64,000 nt of DNA, from assembly GCA_036140815.1 (NCBI GenBank), contig JAYZXX010000071.1, forward strand, positions 9,561 through 73,560, read 5' to 3'. The notes under the pieces were generated by a model, which saw only the letters and a program-made list of their open reading frames with translations, had not been told where the DNA came from and did no database searches. Every line of letters begins with the position of its first letter. Position 1 is the stretch's first letter. The DNA is from Bdellovibrionota bacterium. Its GTDB lineage: Bacteria > Bdellovibrionota > Bdellovibrionia > Bdellovibrionales > UBA840. A program made the position numbers and the translations under genes. Below are positions 10,070 to 19,740 of this stretch, one piece after another.

Positions 10070-11104
10070 TTAATCGTCTTTAATTACTTTAGTAACCTGC
10101 ACAGCACAGTTTCCGTGGCTTACACCATAGTAAGCTTTAAATTTTGGAACTTCTTCTACTTGAACAGTTAATTCACCCGTTGCATCTTGATCTAAAGGAA
10201 TTACGTCCCCTTCTTTTAACTCCATCAAATCAGCAAGAGTAATTTTTGTATTTCCAAGCTCTACTAAAACTTCTGTTTCGGTAGACTTTAATTGTTGCTT
10301 TATAATATTCGACCATAGCTTTCTATCCGTTTGATCTGATTCAACCTGAAAACCAGAACTTAACTTTTGCTTGATCGGTTCAATCGTCGCGTAGGGGATA
10401 ACAATAGTAATTGTTCCGTTGGCATTTTCTAATTCCACATCAAAGGTGGATGCTACAACCACATCCGTTGGTGGTACTATACCAACAAACTGTGGGTTAA
10501 TTTCTGTACGAACGAAACTGGCATCAATCTTATGTACAGAGGCCCATGCTGCTTCTAGCTCACCGATGGCTAAATCCACAACCCTGCGAACAATTGATAA
10601 CTCAATAGGAGTAAAATCTTTTCCCTCAATTTTAGTATACGGTCTTTCTGCTCCACCAAAAAAACTATCCACCAAAGCGTAAGCCAACTTACTTTCAATC
10701 ACCAAAAGAGAAGAACCACGTAAAGTATTAAAACGAATTACACTCATACACGTAGGCATAGGCAATGTATTAATAAATTCACCAAATTTTAAAAAGTCAG
10801 TACTTGCTAAATTAATTGAAGCAATTCTGCGTAAAGCATTAGATAGCGATACACGAAAGGTTCTCATAAATCTTTCATAAATTACTTCCAGTTGTGGTAA
10901 ACGACCGCGAATGATTCGATCCTGAGAGGTCAAATCATAAACAACTACGTTGGCATCGGTTGCTGCCGTGGAGCCTCCTCCACCGCCGCCGCTACCGCTG
11001 GCTTCAACACCTCCAGCGCCACCGCCTTCGTCCTCGTCAAAGCCACCATCAGAAACTGCGGCTAAGAGGGCGTCTACTTCACTTTGTGATAAAACCTGAC
11101 TCAT
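10070..11104 (-). CDS. fliM: Flagellar motor switch protein FliM
   Basis: N-terminal CheY-P binding motif LSQSEVDALL, a middle FliM domain, and a C-terminal FliN-like domain. A Gly-rich insertion follows the N-terminal motif. Confidence 0.9.
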   Translation of the reverse strand: MSQVLSQSEVDALLAAVSDGGFDEDEGGGAGGVEASGSGGGGGGSTAATDANVVVYDLTSQDRIIRGRLPQLEVIYERFMRTFRVSLSNALRRIASINLASTDFLKFGEFINTLPMPTCMSVIRFNTLRGSSLLVIESKLAYALVDSFFGGAERPYTKIEGKDFTPIELSIVRRVVDLAIGELEAAWASVHKIDASFVRTEINPQFVGIVPPTDVVVASTFDVELENANGTITIVIPYATIEPIKQKLSSGFQVESDQTDRKLWSNIIKQQLKSTETEVLVELGNTKITLADLMELKEGDVIPLDQDATGELTVQVEEVPKFKAYYGVSHGNCAVQVTKVIKDD

Positions 11105-11118
11105 AAACTTCCTACCTT

Positions 11119-11661
11119 CTAGTTATAGAAGAACTCCGTAAATAGGACTCTTTTCACCTGGCCTTTGGTTAAAAAGGAATTCACAGTATTTTTAATTTCG
11201 TCCCGTAAAATATCTTTCCCCTCACGATTCGACACCTGGTCATAGGTCTTACTTGATAATAAAATCAAAATAATGTCGCGAATCTGCGGCTTTCTTTTTT
11301 CAATTTCTGCCTGAACCTCGTCGTTTCCAACTTCGAGAGACATATTAATTTTCATCAATTTACCCCCTCTGGTTCCAGCTAAGTTCACCAAAAAAGTCTC
11401 TAATGGCACTAACTTACCGATAAACTCTTCTTCTTCGGCAGCCTCTTTGGCTTGGGTTTCTTGCTCTCCTTCGATCACATTATCGATGCCAGGCTTTGCT
11501 TCTTCTTTTTTCTTGCCCATATAAAGCATCGCACCCACGCCACCCACAATTAACATATTGATAATTGCTAAGATGATAAACAAAGTAGGCTTGGAATTTC
11601 CTCCGCCACCACTGGCTGCTGGAGCTCCACCACCGCCTTCTGCTGCTTCTTCTTCTGCCAC
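11119..11661 (-). CDS. fliL: Flagellar basal-body-associated protein FliL
   Basis: 180 aa with a single TM and a FliL-type C-terminus (FLVNLAG...INMSLEV...IRDIILILLSSKT). GTG start with an AAGGAG RBS 8 nt upstream. First gene of the block. Confidence 0.8.
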   Translation of the reverse strand: MAEEEAAEGGGGAPAASGGGGNSKPTLFIILAIINMLIVGGVGAMLYMGKKKEEAKPGIDNVIEGEQETQAKEAAEEEEFIGKLVPLETFLVNLAGTRGGKLMKINMSLEVGNDEVQAEIEKRKPQIRDIILILLSSKTYDQVSNREGKDILRDEIKNTVNSFLTKGQVKRVLFTEFFYN

Positions 11662-11707
11662 GCTGTAATCTCCTTGATGTCGTCACAATTCTGTCACTAG
11701 ATATATG

Positions 11708-11723
11708 AGCAAAATAAATGCCA
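11708..11723 (-). promoter_or_regulatory. Sigma-54 (-24/-12) promoter for the fliL operon
   Basis: The minus strand reads TGGCAT-TTATT-TTGCT, against the consensus TGGCAC-N5-TTGCW, with correct GG-N10-GC spacing. It lies about 47 nt upstream of the fliL GTG. Confidence 0.65.
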
Positions 11724-12187
11724 TACAGACTTCAGTAGAGTCGGAGGAAGCGAGAAGAAATCTAGAGCTAAACCACATCACATTGCGACACGATGATGAC
11801 AATTTTTCCTCGTCAGAAAGACCGAGGCTGACAAAACTTTGACGGCAGGCAAACTATTCTGGTTGCCCTATCTTATCATGCATTAAGCATATTTTTAATT
11901 TTCTATGTGAAATCAAATCCTTAGAGACTTTAATGTGTCGCATTGAAACTTTTAACCTTTTCCCTCAGAGAAAGGGTCTAATGACTGATGCGGGGGATTT
12001 TTCCGGCATATATATAATTAGATAGGATAAAGGAGTGACATCCTGGACCTAAGTTATGTATAAATACGGATTCTTATGGCTTCTCATCCCAGACTATTCC
12101 TTATTAATTTGCCATAAATTTTGACCCAAAAATTGATGAAAGCTAGAATGATTGGTGCAGATCAATGCATTCAGGGGGATTTGAAGA

Positions 12188-13042
12188 ATGTTAAACGAAC
12201 AGGGCCGTTCCAGGATGGATACCGTTATAAAATTGGCACTCGTATTTATTATCTCATTATTGAGTTTTTCTATCGGTACTTTTGTCGGTAAACAATTTAG
12301 TGATCAACAACATAAAACAGCAATGATTGAAGGCGATGGCGGACAAGCTCGTAGTACAGCGAGTATCCCTACTAACACTTTAGAGGTTGCTCCAGAAGAA
12401 GCTCTTACCGATGCTGATATTGCAAGTATCACAGAAGAGTTTGCTAACGCAGAAAAAGACGATATCGATGAGCTTTTAGCCGAAGTAAAATCAGAAACTA
12501 AAAAAGCAGACACAAAAGAAGATTCTAAACCTGCTAAAGAAGAAACGGCCAAAGCTTCCGCGGAAGACAGCATAGATGCAATGATGGCTGAAGTGGTTGC
12601 AGAAGAAGAGCCAAAAAAGGAAATGGCAAAAACAGAAACAACTACAAAAAAAGAAATGCCAAAAACACTTCCTGAAAAAGATGACATGGTTAGCGAAGTT
12701 GCCAAAAACATCACGCAAGACGTAAAGCCTGTAGTTAAAGATAAACCACAAAAAAGCAGAATCCCTACTAGCTTACCAGCTAAAGTAGCTGCTTCTACTG
12801 TTGGAAAATTTACGATTCAAGTAGCGGCTTATCAATCTGAAAAAGAAGCCAAAGAACACGCAGAAAATTTGACCAACCAAGGCTATTCTTCATTTTACTT
12901 AAAAGCTGATGTGAAAGGAAATACTTGGTTCCGAGTGAATGTTGGCTTATTTGCAAATAAAGAAAAAGCTGGTGTTTATAGAAAACAATTAATGAAAGAA
13001 GCCAGCTTAAAATCTGCTTTAGTGAAAAAGATTGTTCAGTAA
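12188..13042 (+). CDS. SPOR-domain (peptidoglycan-binding) membrane protein with an acidic low-complexity linker
   Basis: N-terminal TM, a long E/K/A-rich linker, and a C-terminal SPOR-like domain (FTIQVAAYQSEKEAKEHAENLTNQGYSSFYLKADVKGNTWFRVNVGLFANKEKA). Confidence 0.75.
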   Translation: MLNEQGRSRMDTVIKLALVFIISLLSFSIGTFVGKQFSDQQHKTAMIEGDGGQARSTASIPTNTLEVAPEEALTDADIASITEEFANAEKDDIDELLAEVKSETKKADTKEDSKPAKEETAKASAEDSIDAMMAEVVAEEEPKKEMAKTETTTKKEMPKTLPEKDDMVSEVAKNITQDVKPVVKDKPQKSRIPTSLPAKVAASTVGKFTIQVAAYQSEKEAKEHAENLTNQGYSSFYLKADVKGNTWFRVNVGLFANKEKAGVYRKQLMKEASLKSALVKKIVQ

Positions 13043-13068
13043 GTAGTTTTCAAATCTAGATATGACAA

Positions 13069-13096
13069 AGCCCGATCGAAAGGTCGGGCTTTTTTT
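13069..13096 (+). terminator. Rho-independent terminator after the SPOR gene
   Basis: 9-bp stem agcccgatc/ggtcgggct closed by a GAAA tetraloop and followed by TTTTTTT. Confidence 0.8.
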
Positions 13097-13148
13097 GTTT
13101 AATTTTTCCAATCCATTTTTGCTTAAATTGGCCTGGCTTAATAATTAC

Positions 13149-13733
13149 TTAGTTCGCCCTCTTCTGAACTTCCGCTGTGATATCTTCAATTTTCTTCGGG
13201 TCAAAATCTTTGGCAACTTCTGCACGGTAAACTTTACTTGCTCGGAAATAGTACCACATATCTGGTTCTTTATCATTGTTGCGGTCAAACTCTTGGCGAC
13301 GAATTTCACCTTTGAAGTAATGAGTCCATATATTGCCCTGTCCGTCGGTTTGAACCTTTAGGTAAACATCCCCTGTCTCTGCCTGATGGTACTTTACAAC
13401 TTCAGCAAATTCATCTTTATCTAAATTCCACTCCGTGCGGGTGACTTTGGCGTTTTTGAAATGCTTTGCTAGATCTATTTTTCCATCCTTATCAAAATCA
13501 AAAAGCTGCATTTTCAAAACCTTTGCTCCATCTCTAGCCGTTTCTTGAATAACATAGAAACTGCGTCGAGAATCACCCTCGGTTTCTAATTCTTTAATAG
13601 ATTGTTCACTAGCTTTACTGCTTAGATAATTATCGAGCTTTAGACTTTTCCAGTCAGGCAAAGGTAAATTTGTAGCGGCCGTTGCGCTAATTCCAAAAAA
13701 CAATGAGAATGTGGTGAAAATCGACTTTTTCAT
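13149..13733 (-). CDS. Secreted hypothetical protein with an EF-hand-like loop
   Basis: Signal peptide (MKKSIFTTFSLFFGISATA) and a DxDxDGxID loop (DFDKDGKID). No other family recognised. Confidence 0.5.
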   Translation of the reverse strand: MKKSIFTTFSLFFGISATAATNLPLPDWKSLKLDNYLSSKASEQSIKELETEGDSRRSFYVIQETARDGAKVLKMQLFDFDKDGKIDLAKHFKNAKVTRTEWNLDKDEFAEVVKYHQAETGDVYLKVQTDGQGNIWTHYFKGEIRRQEFDRNNDKEPDMWYYFRASKVYRAEVAKDFDPKKIEDITAEVQKRAN

Positions 13734-13818
13734 ACTGAACCCCTTAGCTATGCTAATTTTAAATAGAATTCAGCATGCTGCCAAATAGTCTGTGCAAAAA
13801 AGTCGTGAAAACCGGCAG

Positions 13819-14382
13819 TTAGAACTGATAACCTAGACTAAGCAAATTAAAGTCTACAATATTATTTTCTAAATCTTCCAATTCGTTCCTAAAACTGACG
13901 CCAAATTCATAGACCATATTTCTGGTCCAGTCCGCTTTAAAATTCATATCCTTATAGATATTCAAAGGTACATTAAAACCAAGCGCGAAAAAACTTTTGT
14001 TATCCGAAACGGATGAACTTTGTGCTGCCAGCGTGTTAGTGGTCTCTTCCGTGCTCATTCCAACTCCTAAAAATACGCGAAGTGGAGAATAAAATGGAAT
14101 TCTGCGCTCTACACTAACTTGATAATCAGTGTATTTCGTGGACATACCAACTACTCCAATTTCATTGGATCGACTTCCCTGTGAAATGCTCACATCAATA
14201 TAGGTGTTTTCCATAAATTTATAGTCATAACTGATTTTAAAATATGGATTTTCAATTCTTTGACTGGTATTTCCTGTTCGTGATGAATGAGTGTAACCAA
14301 AGTCCAATTGATTTTTCTTTGTAAAAGCAAAGGAATTGGATGCAAACAACAGAACCAGTCCCATTAAAATACTATTCTTCAT
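13819..14382 (-). CDS. Small outer-membrane beta-barrel protein (hypothetical)
   Basis: Signal peptide, alternating amphipathic beta pattern and a C-terminal aromatic residue (LSLGYQF). Its start overlaps the upstream gene's stop by 11 nt. Confidence 0.5.
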   Translation of the reverse strand: MKNSILMGLVLLFASNSFAFTKKNQLDFGYTHSSRTGNTSQRIENPYFKISYDYKFMENTYIDVSISQGSRSNEIGVVGMSTKYTDYQVSVERRIPFYSPLRVFLGVGMSTEETTNTLAAQSSSVSDNKSFFALGFNVPLNIYKDMNFKADWTRNMVYEFGVSFRNELEDLENNIVDFNLLSLGYQF

Positions 14383-15586
14383 TTTTCACCCCTAAGTCTT
14401 CAGACGGTTTTTTCGGGTCGGTAAATTCCTCAAGAATTTCATCTGGCTTTGCATTTTTCATCGCTTCAGGATCAACACTATAGAAATAAACTTCTTCTGT
14501 TTCTTTGCCTAAAACTTTCATTCTATATTTGTTCAAAACGGAAATACTTGCTTCAACAGTAGAGTTGTCAGCCATATAAATATCTGTAAACACTTCGTTT
14601 GTAATAAATCTTAAAGCTTCTTGTAAAATTGAATCCCGAACTTCCTTAGATAGTCTTCCATGCTCAGAATACTCTAAACCTAGTTTTTCCATTTGAATTG
14701 CTAGGAAGCTTTTGGCAAAATAACTACCCATCACATAAAAATGATCGTCTTTTACATAATTCGTATCTGAAAAAGGAGCATAAGACTTTGGCTTTTCAGA
14801 AAAGTTTCTGTAAGAGGAATGACCTCTAGCAAAGTGGTTCATAATTTCAGAACTACCTGTCATTAAAAAAGCAAATAGATCGGAGAAACCTTCATTGTAT
14901 GTTCTCACTGCTCCCATTCTTGCCATGGCTTTGTTACCTTCAGAGAAAAACATTTTCGTTAATGGATTATAGCCATTCTTTTCTTTAAACAATTTATTAG
15001 CATAGGCATGATAGTAAATCGAATGAAAAGCCTCATGATACCAAACATCAGCATTCATGGTTGCTGGAATGTATTGATCTTCATAAACCACCATACCAAA
15101 GAAGTCTCCAGCAGAAGAATAAAAGGCATTATTTTTAGACGGAACAGAGTGAAGCACAATCCTTCTTGGCCAGTAGTTTTCAAAGGTCCAATTTAAATCA
15201 TCCATTTTCTCTTTTAAGGTGTACATCAAATAGTACATGGTGGCAGCTTCTAAACTCTCAATTTGCCCTGCAGGAATATAGACGTCGCCTTTTTTTACAA
15301 ACTCAAAATTGGGAGATTCACCATCAATTAAAAACTTCCCATCGTAAGCACTATATTTAATATCATTTGAACTAACATAGTATTTAAAGTTCACAAAATC
15401 AGATTCCAAAGTTTCCATGCTTTTAGGCCGCGGTACTTCTACTACTGTTAATTTATATTCCCCATCATCTTGGAGAACTGGAACCTGCATTTTAATCATT
15501 TCGCTGTCCGGCTCAGGCTTGCTACATGAGACATTCACTGCAAGCATTACCAAACAAACTATAGACAGTTTAAGAATATTTTTCAT
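14372..15586 (-). CDS. Secreted/lipoprotein-like putative zinc metalloprotease (HExxH)
   Basis: Signal sequence ending in Cys (VNVSC) and a single HExxH motif (WYHEAFHSIYYH). No further family assignment was possible by eye. Confidence 0.45.
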   Translation of the reverse strand: MKNILKLSIVCLVMLAVNVSCSKPEPDSEMIKMQVPVLQDDGEYKLTVVEVPRPKSMETLESDFVNFKYYVSSNDIKYSAYDGKFLIDGESPNFEFVKKGDVYIPAGQIESLEAATMYYLMYTLKEKMDDLNWTFENYWPRRIVLHSVPSKNNAFYSSAGDFFGMVVYEDQYIPATMNADVWYHEAFHSIYYHAYANKLFKEKNGYNPLTKMFFSEGNKAMARMGAVRTYNEGFSDLFAFLMTGSSEIMNHFARGHSSYRNFSEKPKSYAPFSDTNYVKDDHFYVMGSYFAKSFLAIQMEKLGLEYSEHGRLSKEVRDSILQEALRFITNEVFTDIYMADNSTVEASISVLNKYRMKVLGKETEEVYFYSVDPEAMKNAKPDEILEEFTDPKKPSEDLGVKNEE

Positions 15587-15719
15587 AATTACACCCGTAG
15601 GATCGCACCTACACCCAATTTAAATTTCCACAAATATTAGTAGCAATCTTCGCGCCAAGAAAGTTGTTTTTTTACTAAGAGACCTTGTAAGAATTGCATT
15701 TATTCGTTAGTTTAGCGCC

Positions 15720-18074
15720 ATGACAAACCCTGGATACTTTGCTGATCGTTTAAACCCGCAACAACTAGCCGCTGTAGAAAAAGTGGATGGCCCTTTATTG
15801 ATTTTAGCCGGAGCTGGCTCTGGTAAAACACGAGTTCTAACTCATCGTTTAGCGAACATTGTTTTACAACAAAAAGCCGCACCTGATGAAATTCTTGCCG
15901 TTACATTTACGAATAAGGCCGCCAGTGAGATGGCCCATAGAGCAGAACAAATTCTGACTGGTCTTGGCATTAGTATTCACGATAAACTTTGGGTTAGTAC
16001 CTTCCACAGTACTTGCGTTAGAATCTTGCGACAACATGCCGAGCTACTTGGCTACAAGCGAAACTTCACCATTTATGATTCCGGAGATCAAATTTCTTTA
16101 ATCAAAAAAATCTCTGCGAACAAAGGTTTAAAAGAAAAGGAGTATCCTGCAAAGAATTTTGCTTATCGAATCCGTTGGGCAAAAATGGAAGGGAAGCGTC
16201 CGGAAGACATTACCAAAGATGATAAGTTCTATATGGATAAAAGAACTCATGAAATTTATCAAATCTATGAACAAGAAATGTTTCGCGCTAATGCTCTAGA
16301 CTTTGATGACTTACTTATGAAAACTCTTTTGCTTTTAGAGAACTTTCCTAAAGTTTTAGAAGGCTATCAAAGAAGATTTCGTTACATCATGGTAGACGAG
16401 TATCAAGATACCAATCACATTCAATACAAATTATTAAAGTTATTGGCCAATCACCATAAAAATCTTTGCGTTGTTGGGGACGAGGATCAGTCTATCTATA
16501 GTTGGCGTGGTGCTGATATTTCTAACATCCTTAATTTTGAATCGGATTATGATAATGCCTTTGTAGTAAAGCTAGAAGAAAACTACAGAAGTACACAAAC
16601 CATTGTGGATGCAGCCAGCCATGTGATCTCTAAAAACACTCAACGAAAAGGAAAAAAACTTTTCAGTAACAAAGACAAAGGTGAAAAAATCCTGATTCGT
16701 GAAGAAGAAGACGATCGTGATGAAGCTAAATTTGTCGTAAAACAAATTAATAAAATAGCTAAATCTCACCCTTACAAAGACATCGCTATTTTTTATCGTA
16801 ATAACACTCAATCAAGAGTCTTAGAGGAACAGTTACGTACCAGTGGGATTCCTTATAAAATTATCGGCGGCCTTCGATTCTATGATCGAATGGAAATCAA
16901 AGATGCCCTAGCCTATTTACGCTTAATGGTTAACCCGAACGATGACGTAGCAGTAAAGAGAATCATTAATGTCCCAGGTAGAGGAATTGGCAAGACTACT
17001 ATTCAAAAAATTGAAGACATTTCTATGGATCGCAATATGAGCATGCTTGAAAGCTGCCATGTTTTGATTGAAGAAAAAGGAGTCAATGCCGGTACGCAAA
17101 AAAAGATCGCAGGATTTTTAGCTCTAATTGCTAACCTTAGAATTGAAGCGGAAAACTATTGTGCATCTGATTTATTGGGAATCATTTTAGATGAAACTAG
17201 CTATATTAAAAACTTACAAAAAGACGATACTCCAGAAGCGGTTGCCCGCCTGGAAAACTTAGAAGAATTAAGTAACGCGATTTTACAGTTTGAAAAAGAT
17301 CGAAGAGATGCCGGTACTCTAGAATTGTTTCTAGAGGAAATGGCGTTGGTATCAGACCAAGACTCCGTAAATCATTCTGTCGACTGTGTACACCTTATGA
17401 CTCTCCATGTATCTAAAGGCTTAGAGTTTCCTTACGTATTTATCGTTGGCATGGAAGAAGGAATTTTTCCTAGTGGACAAGCCGTCGAATCAGGGGAACA
17501 AGAGGAAATTGAAGAAGAAAGACGCTTAGCCTATGTGGGTTATACTCGCGCTATGGATAAACTTACTTTAACTCATGCTAAACGTCGACGCATGTGGGGG
17601 CAAACGCAGTTCAACTCTCCTTCACGTTTTTTAGATGAACTTCCACCTGAGTATGTAACCATGGGCTTAGGTTCAAATCGTCAAGCACCTAAGCTGAATG
17701 CAATTGGTAGCAGTTTTTCTTCTCGCGCTAATTCAGGCTCCAGTTTTGGATCCATGGCAGGTTCTGCCTCCAGTTATTCTTCCAATAAATCGGATGACGA
17801 ATTTGACTTCGGAAATCCGAACCCATGGGTTGATGATGAATTCAACCAAGAAGCAAATCCTTTTGCTCAGGCAGCTCCATTAGAAGACTGGGAAAAGCCA
17901 AAAACTAGTGGTGGTGATTACCAAAAAGGAATGCGAGTGCATCATCCTCAATTTGGTGCTGGCACCATTTACGAAGTAAAAGGCTCTGGGGATAAGGCTA
18001 AATTGACCGTAATTTTTGATGGAAATTTTTTGAAGAACTTCGTAGCTAAATTTGCAAAGTTAACTCGTGTTTAA
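15720..18074 (+). CDS. uvrD: UvrD/PcrA-family ATP-dependent DNA helicase
   Basis: Walker A GAGSGKTRVL, motif II DEYQDTN, later SF1 motifs (VSTFHS, TLHVSKGLEF, AYVGYTRA), and a C-terminal Tudor-like tail after a Ser-rich linker. Confidence 0.9.
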   Translation: MTNPGYFADRLNPQQLAAVEKVDGPLLILAGAGSGKTRVLTHRLANIVLQQKAAPDEILAVTFTNKAASEMAHRAEQILTGLGISIHDKLWVSTFHSTCVRILRQHAELLGYKRNFTIYDSGDQISLIKKISANKGLKEKEYPAKNFAYRIRWAKMEGKRPEDITKDDKFYMDKRTHEIYQIYEQEMFRANALDFDDLLMKTLLLLENFPKVLEGYQRRFRYIMVDEYQDTNHIQYKLLKLLANHHKNLCVVGDEDQSIYSWRGADISNILNFESDYDNAFVVKLEENYRSTQTIVDAASHVISKNTQRKGKKLFSNKDKGEKILIREEEDDRDEAKFVVKQINKIAKSHPYKDIAIFYRNNTQSRVLEEQLRTSGIPYKIIGGLRFYDRMEIKDALAYLRLMVNPNDDVAVKRIINVPGRGIGKTTIQKIEDISMDRNMSMLESCHVLIEEKGVNAGTQKKIAGFLALIANLRIEAENYCASDLLGIILDETSYIKNLQKDDTPEAVARLENLEELSNAILQFEKDRRDAGTLELFLEEMALVSDQDSVNHSVDCVHLMTLHVSKGLEFPYVFIVGMEEGIFPSGQAVESGEQEEIEEERRLAYVGYTRAMDKLTLTHAKRRRMWGQTQFNSPSRFLDELPPEYVTMGLGSNRQAPKLNAIGSSFSSRANSGSSFGSMAGSASSYSSNKSDDEFDFGNPNPWVDDEFNQEANPFAQAAPLEDWEKPKTSGGDYQKGMRVHHPQFGAGTIYEVKGSGDKAKLTVIFDGNFLKNFVAKFAKLTRV

Positions 18075-18115
18075 CTAATAATACTAAATTTATTTTTTTG
18101 GATTGGAGCTTCCAT

Positions 18116-18138
18116 TTGCATTTGGGTGGCTGCCACCC
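18116..18138. repeat. Truncated copy of the dispersed palindrome (ttgcatttgggtggcTgccaccc)
   Basis: Shares the left arm and core with the perfect copies at 19566 and 19741, but the right arm is cut short. Sits between convergent uvrD and kamA. Confidence 0.7.
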
Positions 18139-18206
18139 TCTAGTATAGATAGTTTTGATATCAGCCTTTTTTATGTATTTTTAAGACTTTTCAGAAATAT
18201 TTCTAT

Positions 18207-19388
18207 CTATGAGTTTAGTAATTCCCACTCTTGTTGGTAGCTTTCAATGTCCATTGGTTTTTTTATGTATTGTTTTGAGGGGCTGATGTATTGTCTGATT
18301 TTTCCATCGAAACCCTTGAAGGTTCTTGTATTTCCTTCCTGACAAATTTGATGATTGGGCACCATAGAGGTTTTCCCACCACCACCAGGAATGTCGATAG
18401 AATAGTTTGGCATCATTAGACCGCTCACTTTTCCCCAAAGTTGCTCTTGAATTTCTAAGGAGTCTTCTATACTTGTGCGTAGATAATCACTGCCCTCACT
18501 TGGGTCGCACTGAAACATATAATATGGTTTTACTCTTAAATATAAAAGCCTTCTCGATAGTGCTTGAATGATTGCTGGGTGGTTGTTTACTCCATTCAGT
18601 AAAACCATTTGATTAAAAACCGGAGTGCCATGGTCAACGATTCGTTCAAGCGCTTCCGCCGACTCTTTCGTAATTTCTCTGGGGTGATTAAAGTGAGTCA
18701 TTAAATAGACTGGTTTGTATCGTTTTAAAAGCCTAGCTAAATCTTCCGTAATCCGAAAAGGATTCACCACTGGGATTCTAGAGCCAATTCGAATGATTTC
18801 TACATGTGGAATTTCTCTTAAATCTTTTAAAACCTGCTCTAGCCTATTGTCACTTAAACTTAAAGGATCTCCTCCCGATAGAATTACTTCTCTAATCTTG
18901 GGAGTATTTTTTATATAATCTAATCCCGCTTGGTACTCATCCTTCTTAGGAAAAACTTGCTCTTTCCCAGTAAAGTGTTTTCTCGTGCAATAGCGGCAAT
19001 AAACATTGCAGTAATCAGTCACCAAAAACAAACAACGATCGGGGTAACGATGAATGATTCTTTGACTGGGACGATTGTTATTTTCATCCAATGGGTCTAA
19101 CATTCTTTGAAACTGATCTTCTAACTCTAAAGCATTAGGCATAAAGATCTTTCGAATAGGATCTTCGGGATGATCCTTCGCTAAAGAAGCGTAGTAAGGA
19201 GTGGTTTGTACATTAAACTGCGAACCTTCAGCAAAAGCCCTCTCTTCCTGTTCAGATAACTTAAAATAATGAGCAAAGTCTTCTTTGTTCTTTAAAGAAA
19301 ATCGCAACTGCCACTTGGGATCATGCCAATCCTCAATAGCAACAGATTCATCATAAATAGGTTTTGTTACCTTAAACTCTAAGCCCAC
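18207..19388 (-). CDS. KamA-family radical SAM enzyme (lysine 2,3-aminomutase-like)
   Basis: CxxxCxxC cluster CNVYCRYCTRK, the motif SGGDPL, and a KamA-type N-terminus (DWHDPKWQL). GTG start with an AAGGTGG RBS. Confidence 0.8.
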   Translation of the reverse strand: MGLEFKVTKPIYDESVAIEDWHDPKWQLRFSLKNKEDFAHYFKLSEQEERAFAEGSQFNVQTTPYYASLAKDHPEDPIRKIFMPNALELEDQFQRMLDPLDENNNRPSQRIIHRYPDRCLFLVTDYCNVYCRYCTRKHFTGKEQVFPKKDEYQAGLDYIKNTPKIREVILSGGDPLSLSDNRLEQVLKDLREIPHVEIIRIGSRIPVVNPFRITEDLARLLKRYKPVYLMTHFNHPREITKESAEALERIVDHGTPVFNQMVLLNGVNNHPAIIQALSRRLLYLRVKPYYMFQCDPSEGSDYLRTSIEDSLEIQEQLWGKVSGLMMPNYSIDIPGGGGKTSMVPNHQICQEGNTRTFKGFDGKIRQYISPSKQYIKKPMDIESYQQEWELLNS

Positions 19389-19565
19389 GCCACCTTATAT
19401 ATATAAGGACAAACAAAGTAAAGCCCTCCTACGCCACGGCTCCGGCGGGCGGACCTATATTTACCTTTGATGCTCCACTGATCTTTTTAAGCCCCTAAAA
19501 TTCGTAGCTTAAAAATTCGAACTAACAGAAGACAGGTTTAAATTTGAGGAAATGCCCGATAATAC

Positions 19566-19596
19566 TTGCATTTGGGTGGCAGCCACCCAAATGCAA
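19566..19596. repeat. Perfect 31-nt palindrome ttgcatttgggtggc-a-gccacccaaatgcaa
   Basis: 15-nt arms are exact reverse complements around a single central base. Confidence 0.95.
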
Positions 19597-19740
19597 AGCC
19601 TTCCTACGCCAAGGCTTCCGTGGGCAGGCCCTTATTTGCCTTTGATGCTCTACTGATCTTTTTAAGCCCCTAAAATTCGTAGCTTAAAGATTCGAACTAG
19701 CAGAAGACAGGTTTAATCTTGAGGAAGCGTCCGAGAGTAT

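Noticed and set aside
12304-12751. 136-aa and 86-aa minus-strand ORFs inside the SPOR gene
   Set aside because: They are antisense or alternate-frame shadows of the E/K/A-rich linker. Their composition is low complexity (S/F/C-rich) and there are no start signals.
15720-18074. UvrD-family helicase as a possible defence-system component
   Set aside because: It has full housekeeping PcrA/UvrD motif order with a C-terminal Tudor-like tail. No nuclease, methylase or other defence partner lies adjacent.
19480-19700. tRNA-like ttcgaa motifs (aaattcgaactaac, agattcgaactagc) in the tandem units
   Set aside because: No acceptor or anticodon stems can be built around them. They are simply part of the repeat body.
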